Shown in pieces: positions 49,905-60,647 of a stretch of 64,000 bases of DNA. The first letter of the stretch is position 1; each line of letters opens with the position of its first letter. This stretch comes from a virus: the IMG/VR virus record IMGVR_UViG_3300045115_000211, positions 32,001 to 96,000 of that record; one strand, written 5' to 3'. The notes under the pieces were generated by a model, which saw only the letters and a list, made by a program, of their open reading frames with translations, did not search any database and was not told the origin of the DNA. The position numbers and the translations under genes are program-made.

Positions 49905-49985
49905 TTGACTCCGCACCGCCCCGTGACAACCTCGTCTGGTCGCCATACAAAAGCGGTTGACTCCGCATGCCAACGATGCCATAAT
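49905..49985 (+). promoter_or_regulatory. tandem promoter motifs downstream of the array
   Basis: TTGACTCC at 49905 (weak -10) and TTGACT-17bp-CATAAT at 49957. Confidence 0.75.
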
Positions 49986-50012
49986 GCCCGCGACAGAAGA
50001 GAGGAGAGACAC

Positions 50013-50726
50013 ATGGGCGACGAAACCAAGGCGTTGACGGGCGAGGCGGAGGTGCCGAGGAACACGGGGCCCGACGAGCACGAGTCCTACGGGCTGGCGC
50101 GCTTCTCCAGGGTCCAGGGCAGCCCCGGCAGGCTCTTCGGGTCCGCCATCGACCACCACCACTTCATCGAGCTGACCATCAGCCGCGGCGCCCGCCGCAG
50201 GGATTTCCAGCGCGACTGGTACTCCCCCAAGGACGAGATCGTCAGCGTTATCATGTCGCCCACCCAGTTCGCCGAGCTGCTCACCAACCTGAACGTGGGC
50301 GAGGGCGTGCCCTGCACCATCCAGCACGTCAACCGGAAGACGATGGCCAAGTGCCCCGAGAAGACCTTCGCCGAGCAGACCCACGACGACCTGAAGGGCG
50401 AGTTCAAGAGGCTCGCCCAGCGGATCGCCGCCCTGTCCAGGACGGCCGACACGATGCTGTCCGGCCCTGGCGCCCTCAAGGCGTCCGACAAGGCCAGGGT
50501 CAAGGCGGAGATCGCCGCCATCCTCCAGGAGGTCGGCAGCAACATCCCCTTCATCCACGAGTGCTTCCAGGAGGCCTGCGACAAGACCGTCGCCGACGCC
50601 AAGGCGTCCGTCGACGCCGCCGTCCTCCACGCCCAGGTCACCCTCGGCAAGGAGGCATGCGCAAGGCTCGGCCTAGGGGGCGAGTCCGCCAGGGCCGCCA
50701 TCGAGGCTCCCAAGCCGAACGTATGA
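50013..50726 (+). CDS. hypothetical phage protein
   Basis: HESYG...SR..G....LFGS, MS..QFAEL.T..N.G.GVPCTI. Confidence 0.75.
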   Translation: MGDETKALTGEAEVPRNTGPDEHESYGLARFSRVQGSPGRLFGSAIDHHHFIELTISRGARRRDFQRDWYSPKDEIVSVIMSPTQFAELLTNLNVGEGVPCTIQHVNRKTMAKCPEKTFAEQTHDDLKGEFKRLAQRIAALSRTADTMLSGPGALKASDKARVKAEIAAILQEVGSNIPFIHECFQEACDKTVADAKASVDAAVLHAQVTLGKEACARLGLGGESARAAIEAPKPNV

Positions 50727-51587
50727 CGGGGACCAGAGGAAAGCGGGAGGAGCCATGGACATCAAGGTGCGAAGGATCGATCCGACCGAGAGCGGGAAGT
50801 TCGACGACCCCACGACCCCCTATGGGGCTCTCGCCTCGGAGGGGCTGCTCCTGTACGCGTTCGTCGAGCGCGTCCCGCCGGACAGGTGCATGGACGGCAT
50901 CGGGGCCCTCGTCCTGCCAAGGCCAATGGCCGTCAGGATCGGCGACGACCTGATCCTCGACCAGCATGGCCCCATGCGGGTCACCAATGTCCGTGGCCCC
51001 TACGGGCCCGGGCACATGCCCGAAGTCCACCTCAAGTGCCGATGCGACAGGCACAGGGCCCCGCCAGCCGCCGACAAGAACGATGCGCTCGTCGCCCCCA
51101 TCAACGAGCTGATCGCCGCCGCCGAGCACCACCTGGTCGTCTTGATGGGGGTCACGGAAGGCGTCCTTTCCTCGGACGCAACCGACGAGTCTTCCGGAAG
51201 GCTTTCCAGGGCGATCGCCAACGCCCGCAAGGCGAGGGAGTCCGCCGCATAAGCCCGTCGACCCGCATGGACGACGCCGACACCTGGGACATCGTCGGCG
51301 GCAGGAGGAGGAAGACCGTGACGAAGTGCCGCCATGCCAATGCCGTCAGCCGCCGCACGCCCATCGGCCGCATCTGGTCGTGCCCCTGCGGGGCCTACCG
51401 CTGGAACGCCAGCAAACGCTGGTTCTCCGGCGGCCCGTGCCATCGACAGGTCAGCCACCAGTCGAGCCTCCACAAGGAACCCCACCACCACACGCCCGAG
51501 CCCCGCGCGATCCTCAACCCCGCAGGATGGCTCGTCAAGTCCAGGCTGCACCTCAACGGGCAGGGATGGCTCGTGCCCTGAATGCCG

Positions 51588-51616
51588 TTGACTCCCGCGG
51601 CCAGACGGCCCATAAT
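51588..51616 (+). promoter_or_regulatory. sigma70-like promoter, leaderless
   Basis: TTGACT-17bp-CATAAT, ATG at 51623. Confidence 0.8.
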
Positions 51617-51963
51617 GGGGGCATGAACAGGCAGGAGAAGACCCACAGGCTCGCGCGCAGCCGCACCGCCATCATCGACGACGCGTGCGCCGGCAGGCCC
51701 ATGCGCCTGTCCATCGCCGGCAGGAACCTCAAGACGCGTCCCGGACAATGCTGGGTGACGACCGTCTTCAAGCACGCCGACCGCGCCACCTTCGAGTCCA
51801 AGGCCGGACCCCTGCTCGACAAGGTCGCCCGCCCCATGGACGGACACGGCTTCCACATCGACAACCAGACCGAGGCCCCCGTCGCCATCGCAGGGTTCCC
51901 CGTCGTCCCCCCGAGGTCGAGCGTGAGCGTGGGGCTCAAGGACGGCAAGTGGGAGGCGAACCC

Positions 51964-52317
51964 GTGACCGTCTACCACGGGACAGGCGCGTGCTCCGTCC
52001 AGGCCATCCTCGACGGCAAGGCCTTCCTGTCCCCCCGCCACTACCTCAGGCGCAGGTCGTTCAGCACGACCACGTCCTTCGACGTCGCATCCATCTTCGC
52101 CGTCCGCAAGACCCCCGCCGTGGACTTCCGCAGGGGGGAGATCACGGGGGCCGTCATCGAGTTCGAGCTGTCGGGGGCGGAAGGCAAGGACTTCGCCCCA
52201 GCCCGCGACCCGTCCTGCATGCAGGAGGAGCAGGAGATCGCGGTCTTCAACATCAAGGCACTCAAGCCCGTGGCGACATATCGCCACGTCCGGGGGCGCT
52301 GGACAAGGACGTTGTAA
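51964..52317 (+). CDS. putative ADP-ribosyltransferase
   Basis: VYHGT, FSTTTS..VA..FA, G.VIEF, EEQEI. Confidence 0.6.
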   Translation: MTVYHGTGACSVQAILDGKAFLSPRHYLRRRSFSTTTSFDVASIFAVRKTPAVDFRRGEITGAVIEFELSGAEGKDFAPARDPSCMQEEQEIAVFNIKALKPVATYRHVRGRWTRTL

Positions 52318-53556
52318 GGAGGACCACGTGGGACGCGCAGCATGGGGCCGAGGATCGGGACCATCTGGTCCTGACGCGAACATCAGGAAGCACGCCGCCA
52401 TCCGCATCGGCGAGCGCACGTCGCTCACCGCCGGGGAGGTCAGGAGGATGCTCTCCGAGGGCCGGTACTACCCCATCGGGGCCGACGGCCAGAAGGAGCA
52501 CGTCCACAAGGCCATCTACAGCCCCAAGGACGACAGGCTGTTCGTCGTCGTCCAGGACTCCGACAACCACGACGTCATCACCCTCCTGCCCCTCGAATAC
52601 CACAACGCGTGGAGGATCGACCACGAGGCCATCGAGGTCCTCGCCCGCGAGGCCCTCGGCGCCCCGCCCCTGATGCCCCAGGGGATCCCGGAGCCGCCAG
52701 CCAGGCTCCCCGTCTACGTCAACCTCATCGGCGCGGCGGGAGTGGGGGAGGACGGCAGGAAGACCGCCCCGCCCACGACGTGCGTCATGGCTGGCCACGT
52801 CTACGGGCACAGCCTCCGCATCATCGGCATCGACCCCGGCGAGCCTCCCGACCACGCGACCCTGTCGGCGTCCCTTGCCTCCGCGACCGCGGAGGCGCTG
52901 GCGGCCCTCGACGACGCCATAGACGAGGTGATCGGAAGCGACGAGGAACTGGCGGCGTCCGTCGCGGCGGCGACGGCCGTGCGGGTCGCCATGGACTGCG
53001 GCGCCAGGCATGTGTCCCACCGCAGGTACGCCGGCGCCCATTCCGACGCCAGGAGGAAGGCGACCGCCGCATGAGGAGCAGGCCATGATGATCGCCAAGG
53101 CAAGAAGGGCAAGGACGGAACACCCCTGCGCCGGCTGCAGGGGGACGATCCCCTCCGGGCTGCGCCACGTCGAGGTCAAGCACCACGACGACTCCGTGCC
53201 GTTCCGCCCCACGAGGCCGTTCAAGACCGAGAGGTTCCACTCCTCATGCGTCCCCGAGGACGCCAAACCCGCGCGGGGCAGGCCGGCTGGCGCGGAGAAG
53301 CAGCGGCTCGTGGCCACCTTCAGGGAGGCGGGCGTCGACTTCGGGTCGGGATCGAAGTGCAAGGCGTCCCTCAAGGACCTCCGCACGCTCGCCCGACGGG
53401 AGGAGACCCTCGTGTCCGCCCTCAACGACCTCATCGGGGCCGCCGAGGGCCACATGCAAGCCCTGCTCCACAGCACGGTCGGAAGCGAGATCCAGGCGGC
53501 AAGGGAAAGACTGACGATCGCCATCGCCGGGGCAAGGAAGGCAAGGGAGAAGAACA

Positions 53557-54170
53557 ATGAGGCTTGAGTGGCACGACACGCCGGAGGCGATGAGGGGAAT
53601 GAGACTCGACTCGCCCGAGTTCGAGGCGGCCGTCGAGGCGTGGATCTCCGACAACGCCAGGGACGGACTCGCCTGCGTCTTCCTCAACCTCCACGGCAGG
53701 AGCCTCTTCCGCCGCGTCGCCGACAGGGAAGAGAAGCCCCCATCCTGCCCCTACTGCGGCAGGACGTCCGAGCGCACCACCGGCGACCTCATCTACCGCG
53801 GCAGGCCCGACCTCTCCGACAAGACCTTCTTCCGCTGCGCCCCCTGCGACGCCTACGTCGGCTGCGACGCCCGCGGCAGGCCGCTCGGCACGCTCGCCGA
53901 CCGCGACCTCCGCAGGGCCAGGGCCGACGCCCACCAGACCTTCGACCCCCTCTGGAGAAGCGAGGGCATGTCCCGCTCCGACGCCTACGCCTGGCTCGCC
54001 AGCGAGCTCGGCGTCGCCAAGGACGAGTGCCACATCGGGATGTTCGACGAGGACAGGTGCCAAAGGACGGTCATCGCATGCCTCGCGCGGAAGAGGAAGG
54101 GGACGGATCGCAAGGCCCCAAGGCGAGCGACGGGATGGACGAGAGGGACGAGAGCGGCCTGCCCTTCTGA
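53557..54170 (+). CDS. DUF3268-like zinc-finger protein (probable frameshift at 54116-54119)
   Basis: CPYCG, C..CDAYVGC, PLGTLAD..LR.AR..AH..FDPLW, CHIGMFD. Confidence 0.75.
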
Positions 54171-54175
54171 CGGCG

Positions 54176-54204
54176 TTGACTCCTCCGTCGGAATCCGGCA
54201 TAGT
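54176..54204 (+). promoter_or_regulatory. sigma70-like promoter
   Basis: TTGACT-17bp-CATAGT. Confidence 0.7.
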
Positions 54205-54233
54205 CCTCTCATGACATCCAAGGGGAGGGACGA

Positions 54234-55226
54234 ATGACGTCGGCGAACGTGACACACTACGCAGTCAGGGACAGGGACGGCAAGGTCGTCTTCGAGGGCA
54301 GCCAGCACGCCTGCTGCAAGGACACGATCAGGGGAAGGCTCGCCGCCCTGCCCGACAAGGACAGCCTCACCCTGCACGCCACCTGGCTCGACGAGAACGA
54401 GGTCGACCAGGAAGCCATCCCCATCCCGCTCGAAGACTACCTCGCCGGGAAGCGCCTCGTGTTCCCATCGACGATGGGATGGGAGCTCCACGAGGAGAAC
54501 CTGCTGCTCAAGCAGGCCCTCGCCAAGGCCCACTCCGCCATCTCCGTCCTGCGACGCGACAGGGCATGCGACCGGCCACAGCCCTCCGAGCCGGAATGCG
54601 GATGCCTGTCGGAGTCCTGCCTGCACTGCAGGTCGCTCGACGTCCTGCGCGAGATCGAGGTGGCGATCGGGGGAGCCGAGCCCCGCGACACGGCCCGCCT
54701 CATGGCCGAGACCATCGACGCCGACCTCGCCAGGCCCGGCGACCCGCCACCGGGGACCCTCGAAGACCTCCTCAAGCGCCGCCTGAACGAGCCGTCCCCG
54801 ACCGGAGGAGGCACGGTCTTCGACGTCGCCGCAGCCGTCGTCGAGAAGACCATCCTCGACGCCAAATGCCACGCGGGCGACGTCCCGTCCGTCGCCAGGA
54901 AGATCGCCAAGGACGTCCTTGAGGCCGCCAACCTCGGCAAGCTGGACGGGATCGGAGAGCCGGACTTCATGCCCGGCAAGGATGCGGAACGCCTGCTCGC
55001 GGGGGACCTCCTGCGCCTCACCGACGGGACATGGGCCGAGGTCGTCGGAGGCCCCTCCGCCCTATGCTCGCAACGCGAAGGAACGCTCATCGTCCTCCAG
55101 GTCGCCACGGACGGCGGCGAGACAAGGATCGTAACCAACCGCGAGATCGAGCGCCTGCTCCATGACCAAGAGGCGGAGTTCTGGATCAAGAGCAAGGAAG
55201 CCAAGCGCAGGACGGAGGACGCATGA
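54234..55226 (+). CDS. hypothetical protein
   Basis: long ORF, SD, codon use. Confidence 0.65.
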   Translation: MTSANVTHYAVRDRDGKVVFEGSQHACCKDTIRGRLAALPDKDSLTLHATWLDENEVDQEAIPIPLEDYLAGKRLVFPSTMGWELHEENLLLKQALAKAHSAISVLRRDRACDRPQPSEPECGCLSESCLHCRSLDVLREIEVAIGGAEPRDTARLMAETIDADLARPGDPPPGTLEDLLKRRLNEPSPTGGGTVFDVAAAVVEKTILDAKCHAGDVPSVARKIAKDVLEAANLGKLDGIGEPDFMPGKDAERLLAGDLLRLTDGTWAEVVGGPSALCSQREGTLIVLQVATDGGETRIVTNREIERLLHDQEAEFWIKSKEAKRRTEDA

Positions 55227-55554
55227 TCAGGTCGACAGGACTGGAATGGAAGCGCTTCTACGGCGACCCCTCCGTCTGGAAGGACGGCGCCTACCACGAC
55301 GACTCCAAGATCCTCGTCGACGGCGTGGACGCCGAAGAGAACCAGATCGACCTGTCGCTCATCGACGACGCCGCCAAGGTCGAGCTGCACTCCGGGGCGT
55401 TCTTCCCGGACGGCTCCGGCGACCCCGAGGAGCTCAACGACGTGTTCAGGAAGTGGCGCAAGGCCCAGACCATGTCCTCCTTCGTCGTCGAGGTGCCCAA
55501 CGACCGCGTCGAGGAGGCCAAGGCCGCCATCCGGGGTCTCGGAGGGAGGACGAC

Positions 55555-55821
55555 GTGACCAGGCCCCTGCCATGCCCCTGCTGCGAAGCCGCCCCCAAGG
55601 TCGGGCCATCCGGCAACGCCGAGGAGGGCGTGTCCTGCCCCTGCGGCCTCAACGTCAGGGAAAGGTGGGACTTCTCCCTGTCGAGGAGCCTGCCGAAGGA
55701 CACGGCCATCGAAGCGAGGTACGACGCCATGCGCAACGACGCCCGGAGGAGGGCGATCGCCAAGTGGAACCGACGCCCGACAGGGGGGAAGGACGCCGCC
55801 AGGCGGGGAAGGAAGACATGA
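55555..55821 (+). CDS. Lar (restriction alleviation)-like zinc-finger protein
   Basis: PLPCPCC...V.C.CG...AIAKWNRR. Confidence 0.6.
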   Translation: MTRPLPCPCCEAAPKVGPSGNAEEGVSCPCGLNVRERWDFSLSRSLPKDTAIEARYDAMRNDARRRAIAKWNRRPTGGKDAARRGRKT

Positions 55822-56093
55822 GCACCAGCCTCAAGGACCTGATCGAGGCCCTGCACGCCGCGGACTGCACCTTCGAGGAGGAGGACGCCAGCGAAGGCTC
55901 CAGCCTCGCGGCCCTCGGGTTCGACACCCATAGCCTCGCCCAGGCCCAGGCCCTCCAAGACTGCGAGGCCGTCTGCCGCCCCTCCGGCGAGGCCGAGCGC
56001 GACCAGCTCGAAGCCCTCCGCTGCTGCCGCACCCTCGGCGACCTGCTCGCATGGTGCAACGGAGACGACCGCAAGGGAAGGGGAGAGCCATGA
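55818..56093 (+). CDS. acyl-carrier-protein-like small acidic protein
   Basis: 91 aa, acidic, SSL..LGFDT(HS)L, TLGDLL.. Confidence 0.5.
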   Translation: MSTSLKDLIEALHAADCTFEEEDASEGSSLAALGFDTHSLAQAQALQDCEAVCRPSGEAERDQLEALRCCRTLGDLLAWCNGDDRKGRGEP

Positions 56094-57268
56094 GCCCCGT
56101 CGCCCGTCAGACTCGAAGAACGCCCGCCACGGAAGACGGGAAGCGCCCCAACCACCACCTCGTCCTCAAGGAGATCGAGGACATATTCGGCGAGCCCTGC
56201 GTCCTGCGCGAGCACAGGGACATCCACATCTCCAACGGCAAGCCCACGGAGAGGGACCTCATCGTCTCCACCCACCCCCTCCTCGGACAACCCTACGTCC
56301 ACTGCTCACTGTCGAGGTGCAACGTCGTGGCGCCGGGCCAGGGCGTCACCGTCATGGCCTGCCGCAGCCGCCCGAACCTCAAGTACGCCTTCGCCTACGG
56401 CCCGGTCTCAGACGTCCAGATCATGATGGCGTTCCCCAGGCGCCACCAGCTCGACATCCTGCTCTGCCTCTCCAGGAGGGCTAGGAAGGAGAACCCCGAC
56501 ATCGCCATCCCGGTCATCGAAGCCTCGACCATGAGGATCTTCGAGGCCGCCACCCTTGGCTTCCTCTCCAGGCGCAGGAAACTGATGGACATGGGCATCC
56601 GCATGTCCAGGGGCGTCGTCCTCTCGGGACCCCCGGGCAACGGCAAGACCATGCTGTGCGCGTGGCTGCAGGAGAAGGCCAAGTCCATGGGACTGTCCGT
56701 GTCCCGCATCGAGGGAGGCGCCCTGCACACCATCTACGGCAGGGGACAGCTCACCGACCACCTCGCCTCCCACGACATCACCATCCTCGACGACTTCGAC
56801 GTCGATGTCCTCCGGCGCAAGGGCGCGTCGGCCCCCCTCGCCTGCGCCCTGCTCACCGCCATGGACTTCGACAAGGCAAGGAAGCCCTGCCTGCGCGTCG
56901 TCACGACCAACGAGGAGCCCAGCGACATCGACCCCGCCTTCCTCCGGCCGGGCAGGCTGGAAACCATCATCCGCATCGACCCCCCGACCGACGACATGCG
57001 CTCCGCCCTCGCCATGTCGTGGCACCCCGCCCTCTCCACCCGCCTGCTCGACGCCCCCGGCAACGGCTCAACCATCGATGACCTCGTCAGGGCCACGAGG
57101 GGCATGTCCTTCGCCGAGATGGACCTCGTCAAGGCGGAGCTCGCCACCGTCCTCATCGAGAGGGACGAGTGGAGCCTCCCCGACGCCCTCGCGTCCTTCA
57201 GGTCCAAACGCGCCGGCGTCGCCGAGATGTCGTCAGGAGGCAAGGGGCTGAAGGGGTTCAAGGAATGA
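56090..57268 (+). CDS. AAA+ ATPase
   Basis: RGVVLSGPPGNGKT, ILDDFD, TTN, IDPAFLRPGRL. Confidence 0.92.
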   Translation: MSPVARQTRRTPATEDGKRPNHHLVLKEIEDIFGEPCVLREHRDIHISNGKPTERDLIVSTHPLLGQPYVHCSLSRCNVVAPGQGVTVMACRSRPNLKYAFAYGPVSDVQIMMAFPRRHQLDILLCLSRRARKENPDIAIPVIEASTMRIFEAATLGFLSRRRKLMDMGIRMSRGVVLSGPPGNGKTMLCAWLQEKAKSMGLSVSRIEGGALHTIYGRGQLTDHLASHDITILDDFDVDVLRRKGASAPLACALLTAMDFDKARKPCLRVVTTNEEPSDIDPAFLRPGRLETIIRIDPPTDDMRSALAMSWHPALSTRLLDAPGNGSTIDDLVRATRGMSFAEMDLVKAELATVLIERDEWSLPDALASFRSKRAGVAEMSSGGKGLKGFKE

Positions 57269-57274
57269 CAGCCG

Positions 57275-57303
57275 TTGACTCCCGAAGACGCCAACGCTAG
57301 AAT
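57275..57303 (+). promoter_or_regulatory. sigma70-like promoter, leaderless
   Basis: TTGACT-17bp-TAGAAT, ATG at 57310. Confidence 0.8.
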
Positions 57304-57614
57304 GCCCCCATGAGACCCAAGTCGGCACTCAGGAACAGGGCGGAATGGCTCGCCACCCGCGAGGCGTGGGACGAGGAAAGGGGCATCCAGCTCGCCGCCC
57401 TCCAGGTCGAGCTCGCCCGCCGCATCGAGGAGAAGTCCCAGAAGACCCTCAACCGCCTCGAAGGCCTCGGCGACCACGCCGCCATCACGGCGATCGCCCA
57501 CGCCATGCCCGACTCCGTCATGAAGTTCTATGCCCTCCAGTCCGCCTCGAAGGCCAAGGAAAAGACCAAGGGAAAGGCCGCCCGCGGAGGGGACGCTGCC
57601 GGCGGGGACAAGCC

Positions 57615-58014
57615 ATGAGCACGGACAGGAAGCCAACCCTCGTGACGGGAAAGGCGGCCGTCCTCCGCGTCCACCCCGACGAAGGACTCGTCCTCGTCTT
57701 CGCCCCGGCGGGGGACCCCCTGCATACCTTCCTGCCGACCGCGGCCGTCCACTACGGCCCCAAGGGCCGCCGCCGAAGCCTACGTCAGACGCAGGGATGA
57801 CTACAGGGACGCCAAGGAAGAAGCCCACATCGGATGGAAGCACGCCTGGCAAGGCACCATGCGCGACGCCGAAGGACTCCTCAACGTCGTCACCGCCGTC
57901 TCCGACGCCAAGGACGCCGACGGGGAGACCAGGATCCAACTGTCCCGCGAGGACGCCGAGTTCGTCGGCAGGCACACGGATGCCCTGGACGCGCAACCCA
58001 AGGAGGCACAGTGA
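57615..58014 (+). pseudogene. hypothetical gene with +1 frameshift in GGG at 57764-57766
   Basis: removing one G gives continuous GC3-rich frame ...YGPKAAAEAYVRRRDDY...EAQ*. Confidence 0.55.
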
Positions 58015-58534
58015 GCATCGGGACCTGGAAGAAGGAGTTCTACCCCACCACCGCCGCCGAGGCCTGCGACGAGTCCAAGGCCGCAGGCAGCGACCTCCCT
58101 GCCATCCTCCACTCGATCCGGAAGTGGGAAGGCCTGCGCCCCAAGAACCTAGCCAGGCATTGCCTCAGCAAGGACGGAGGCAACAACCGCCTGCTCAGCC
58201 TAGGCCAGCAATCCTTCGTCGTCAACGACGACACCTGCGCCCTCTGCCATGCCCATACCCCCGGCCAGCATGGCCAGCCCCCTCGCGTCGCCAGGCCCCA
58301 ATGCCACGAGCCCCCGAGGTGCCCCGTCGTCCTGCTGGCGAACGACTGCGACGACTACTCCAGCCCCTATCTCCACTGGTGCGACACGGGCAGCCCAATG
58401 AGAATGCTCAAGGTCCTCAAGGAAGCCGCCAGGATGGCCGCCAGGGCGTCCAAGGCGGCCAAGGCAGCCAGGAAGGCATCGAAGCCCAGGGACGGCCGCC
58501 GCGACGCCCAGAAGGGCAAGGAAGCCCACGGGGG

Positions 58535-58578
58535 CGCACGGGAAGAGCGGGAAGCACGGGAAGCACGGGAAGCGCGGA
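58535..58578 (+). repeat. 9-bp tandem repeat (GCACGGGAA-like) in coding sequence
   Basis: encodes ARE-ERE-ARE-ARE-AR. Confidence 0.7.
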
Positions 58579-59452
58579 ACGAAGGAGGAACGCCATGAGA
58601 CACGACTGCCCCAACCCCATGTCGTTGTGCGGCGACAGGACGCTCCGACAGTCCAAGGCCCTCGCCAACGACAGGAAGACCGTCATCGCCTCGGCGACCG
58701 GCCAAGCCGCGCACATCGCAAGGATACTCTCCGCCGTCGCCGCCAACGCAAGGACAGCCAAGGCCACCGTGTCAAGGCCCGACGCCAACGGGGACATGTC
58801 CATCGCCACCACGACGGATGAGCTGGGGATCACCGGCAGCGATTGGGTCGCAATGGCGGGCAAGTCCGCCGGCAGCAGGATCGTGTCGGAGCTCGTCGGC
58901 ACCGCCCTGCTGCTCGCCAACCTCCAGGAGGCGGCCGCCAAGGCAGGCGAGACGGACTTCCACGGATACAGGCATGTCTCGTTCGGCCTGAAGATCGTGC
59001 CGTCCAACAGGGGAGTGACCACCCTGTTCCACGGCTCGCTGATCGATGACCTGGCGGAATGCTTCTCCGCCGACAACTCCCAGGCGTACTGGCCACCGGG
59101 GTCGGATCCATGCTGTCCTTGGAAGCCCGCGTCCTGCGCTCCCAGGCAAGGACGCGCCAAGCGAGGGAAGCCCCGGTGGAGTCCCGTCCGGAGGAGTCCC
59201 GTCCGGAGGGGCAGGGATGCCCAAGTTTGACGTCAAGGACGAAGGAGGAACGCCATGAGCGACGGACAGATCGGCCTGCACACCCTGCTGCTCGGCAAGC
59301 AGGCGACGCTTTGCACGGGGGAAAAGACCACGATAGTCGCCGTGTGGACGGACGGCGGGATTCTGTGCTTGGCCTTGGCGAACGAGCAAGGCAGGCTACA
59401 GGTAGCCCTCTTCGGCAAGCACTCGTCGAGCGACCTGAAGGTCATCCTGTAG

Positions 59453-59600
59453 GCGGCACAGTGGCCTATATGCCTCATCGCGGGGGCGACATGTTCTCCG
59501 GGTGCCCACCCACTCGCTCGCAGGCGGGCTTGTGCACCCACTCCAGAAAGGCTCGTTGGGCTTCCGCGTCCGGACACCCACCCACTTCGGCTACCATATG
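59453..59600. other. intergenic GC-skew inversion point (candidate origin or genome-end junction)
   Basis: C-rich before, G-rich after, same coding strand; three CACCCACT motifs. Confidence 0.55.
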
Positions 59601-60647
59601 GGTGCCATGAAGTCAACGAAGCACCGGCATGTCGCCGGGCGGGCGGCCGAAAGGCTGGACGCCGCCCTGCGGGTGGACGCCGACGCCGCCAGGCGCGAGC
59701 ACGCCCTCGTGGCGATGGCGACGCTGCTCGTCTCCGGGGGCTGCCGCGCCTGCTCGTCCCCGCGGGAGGTGAACCGGCTGATGCCCGACGGGGAGTGGTT
59801 CCGCACGCGGCACGAGCTGAGGCGCGTCACGGGCGGGCGGAAGGCGGCGCTGCGGAGGCTCGCCGCCGGCGGGATCGTGCCTGCCGGCCGTTTCGGGGCA
59901 TGGTCGCCCGACTTCTGGGCTGGCTTGCGGCTTTCCGGCGCGATCCATCCCGACAGCCATCCGAGGGAGTGGGTCGTGAGGTTCCCGCGCAGGCACGAGG
60001 CGTTGCTGGAGGACATGCTGGGCGAGGCGCCGTTCATGCGCCGCTGGTCGGACTCCAAGCGTGGGGTGACGCTCTGGTCGCTGTGGGCGGCGGAGATGGG
60101 GGCCGACGATCCGGCGGGCGCCGGCGTGCTGGCGGGGCTGATGGCTGGGGCGCGCAGGCTGGACGACGGACAGGGGATGGGGTGGGCCGTGGTGACGGAC
60201 TCCTTGGGCGCCAGGCGGCTTCTGGGGGATCTGATGGTGCCTTTCGTTGTGGAGCGGCGGAGGCGGGGGCTGGCGTTGAGCCCGTTCTGGGGGGCGCTGG
60301 TGGCGCACATGATGCCTGCGGCGAGCGCGGAGAGGTACAGGCTGTGGCTTCGGCCGGCGTGCTGTCCCTTGCTGCCGTGGGCGTTCCTGGCGCACGCCTG
60401 GGGGAAGGGGTTCGCCGGGATGAGGCGGCACGTGCCGTGGGCGTCGGCGCGTCCGTGGGCGATCAGGGGCAGGTTCCCCACGGAGGGCAGGCGGCTCCGG
60501 AGGGCTGGCCTGGACAGGCTGGGGTTCCTGGGCGTGTCGCCCGTGTTGAGGGCCGCCTGGCTGGAGGGGGCGCGTCGGAAGGGGCTTGACTTCGAAGGGG
60601 GGATGTGTCATGATGGTCTCGTGAAAGGGGAGGAAGGGACGCCATGA
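59598..60647 (+). CDS. hypothetical basic protein next to the skew switch
   Basis: long ORF; start uncertain. Confidence 0.55.
   Translation: MGAMKSTKHRHVAGRAAERLDAALRVDADAARREHALVAMATLLVSGGCRACSSPREVNRLMPDGEWFRTRHELRRVTGGRKAALRRLAAGGIVPAGRFGAWSPDFWAGLRLSGAIHPDSHPREWVVRFPRRHEALLEDMLGEAPFMRRWSDSKRGVTLWSLWAAEMGADDPAGAGVLAGLMAGARRLDDGQGMGWAVVTDSLGARRLLGDLMVPFVVERRRRGLALSPFWGALVAHMMPAASAERYRLWLRPACCPLLPWAFLAHAWGKGFAGMRRHVPWASARPWAIRGRFPTEGRRLRRAGLDRLGFLGVSPVLRAAWLEGARRKGLDFEGGMCHDGLVKGEEGTP
60586..60614 (+). promoter_or_regulatory. sigma70-like promoter
   Basis: TTGACT-17bp-CATGAT. Confidence 0.7.

Noticed and set aside
48415-50065. ORFs in the track overlapping the CRISPR array
   Set aside because: They are translations of repeats (VARHRRAWIET, FQSTLACGER), not genes
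59514-59529. TCGCTCGCAGGCGGGC resembles the CRISPR repeat stem with a 3-nt deletion
   Set aside because: No GATTGAAAC handle, and a short GC-rich match can be chance
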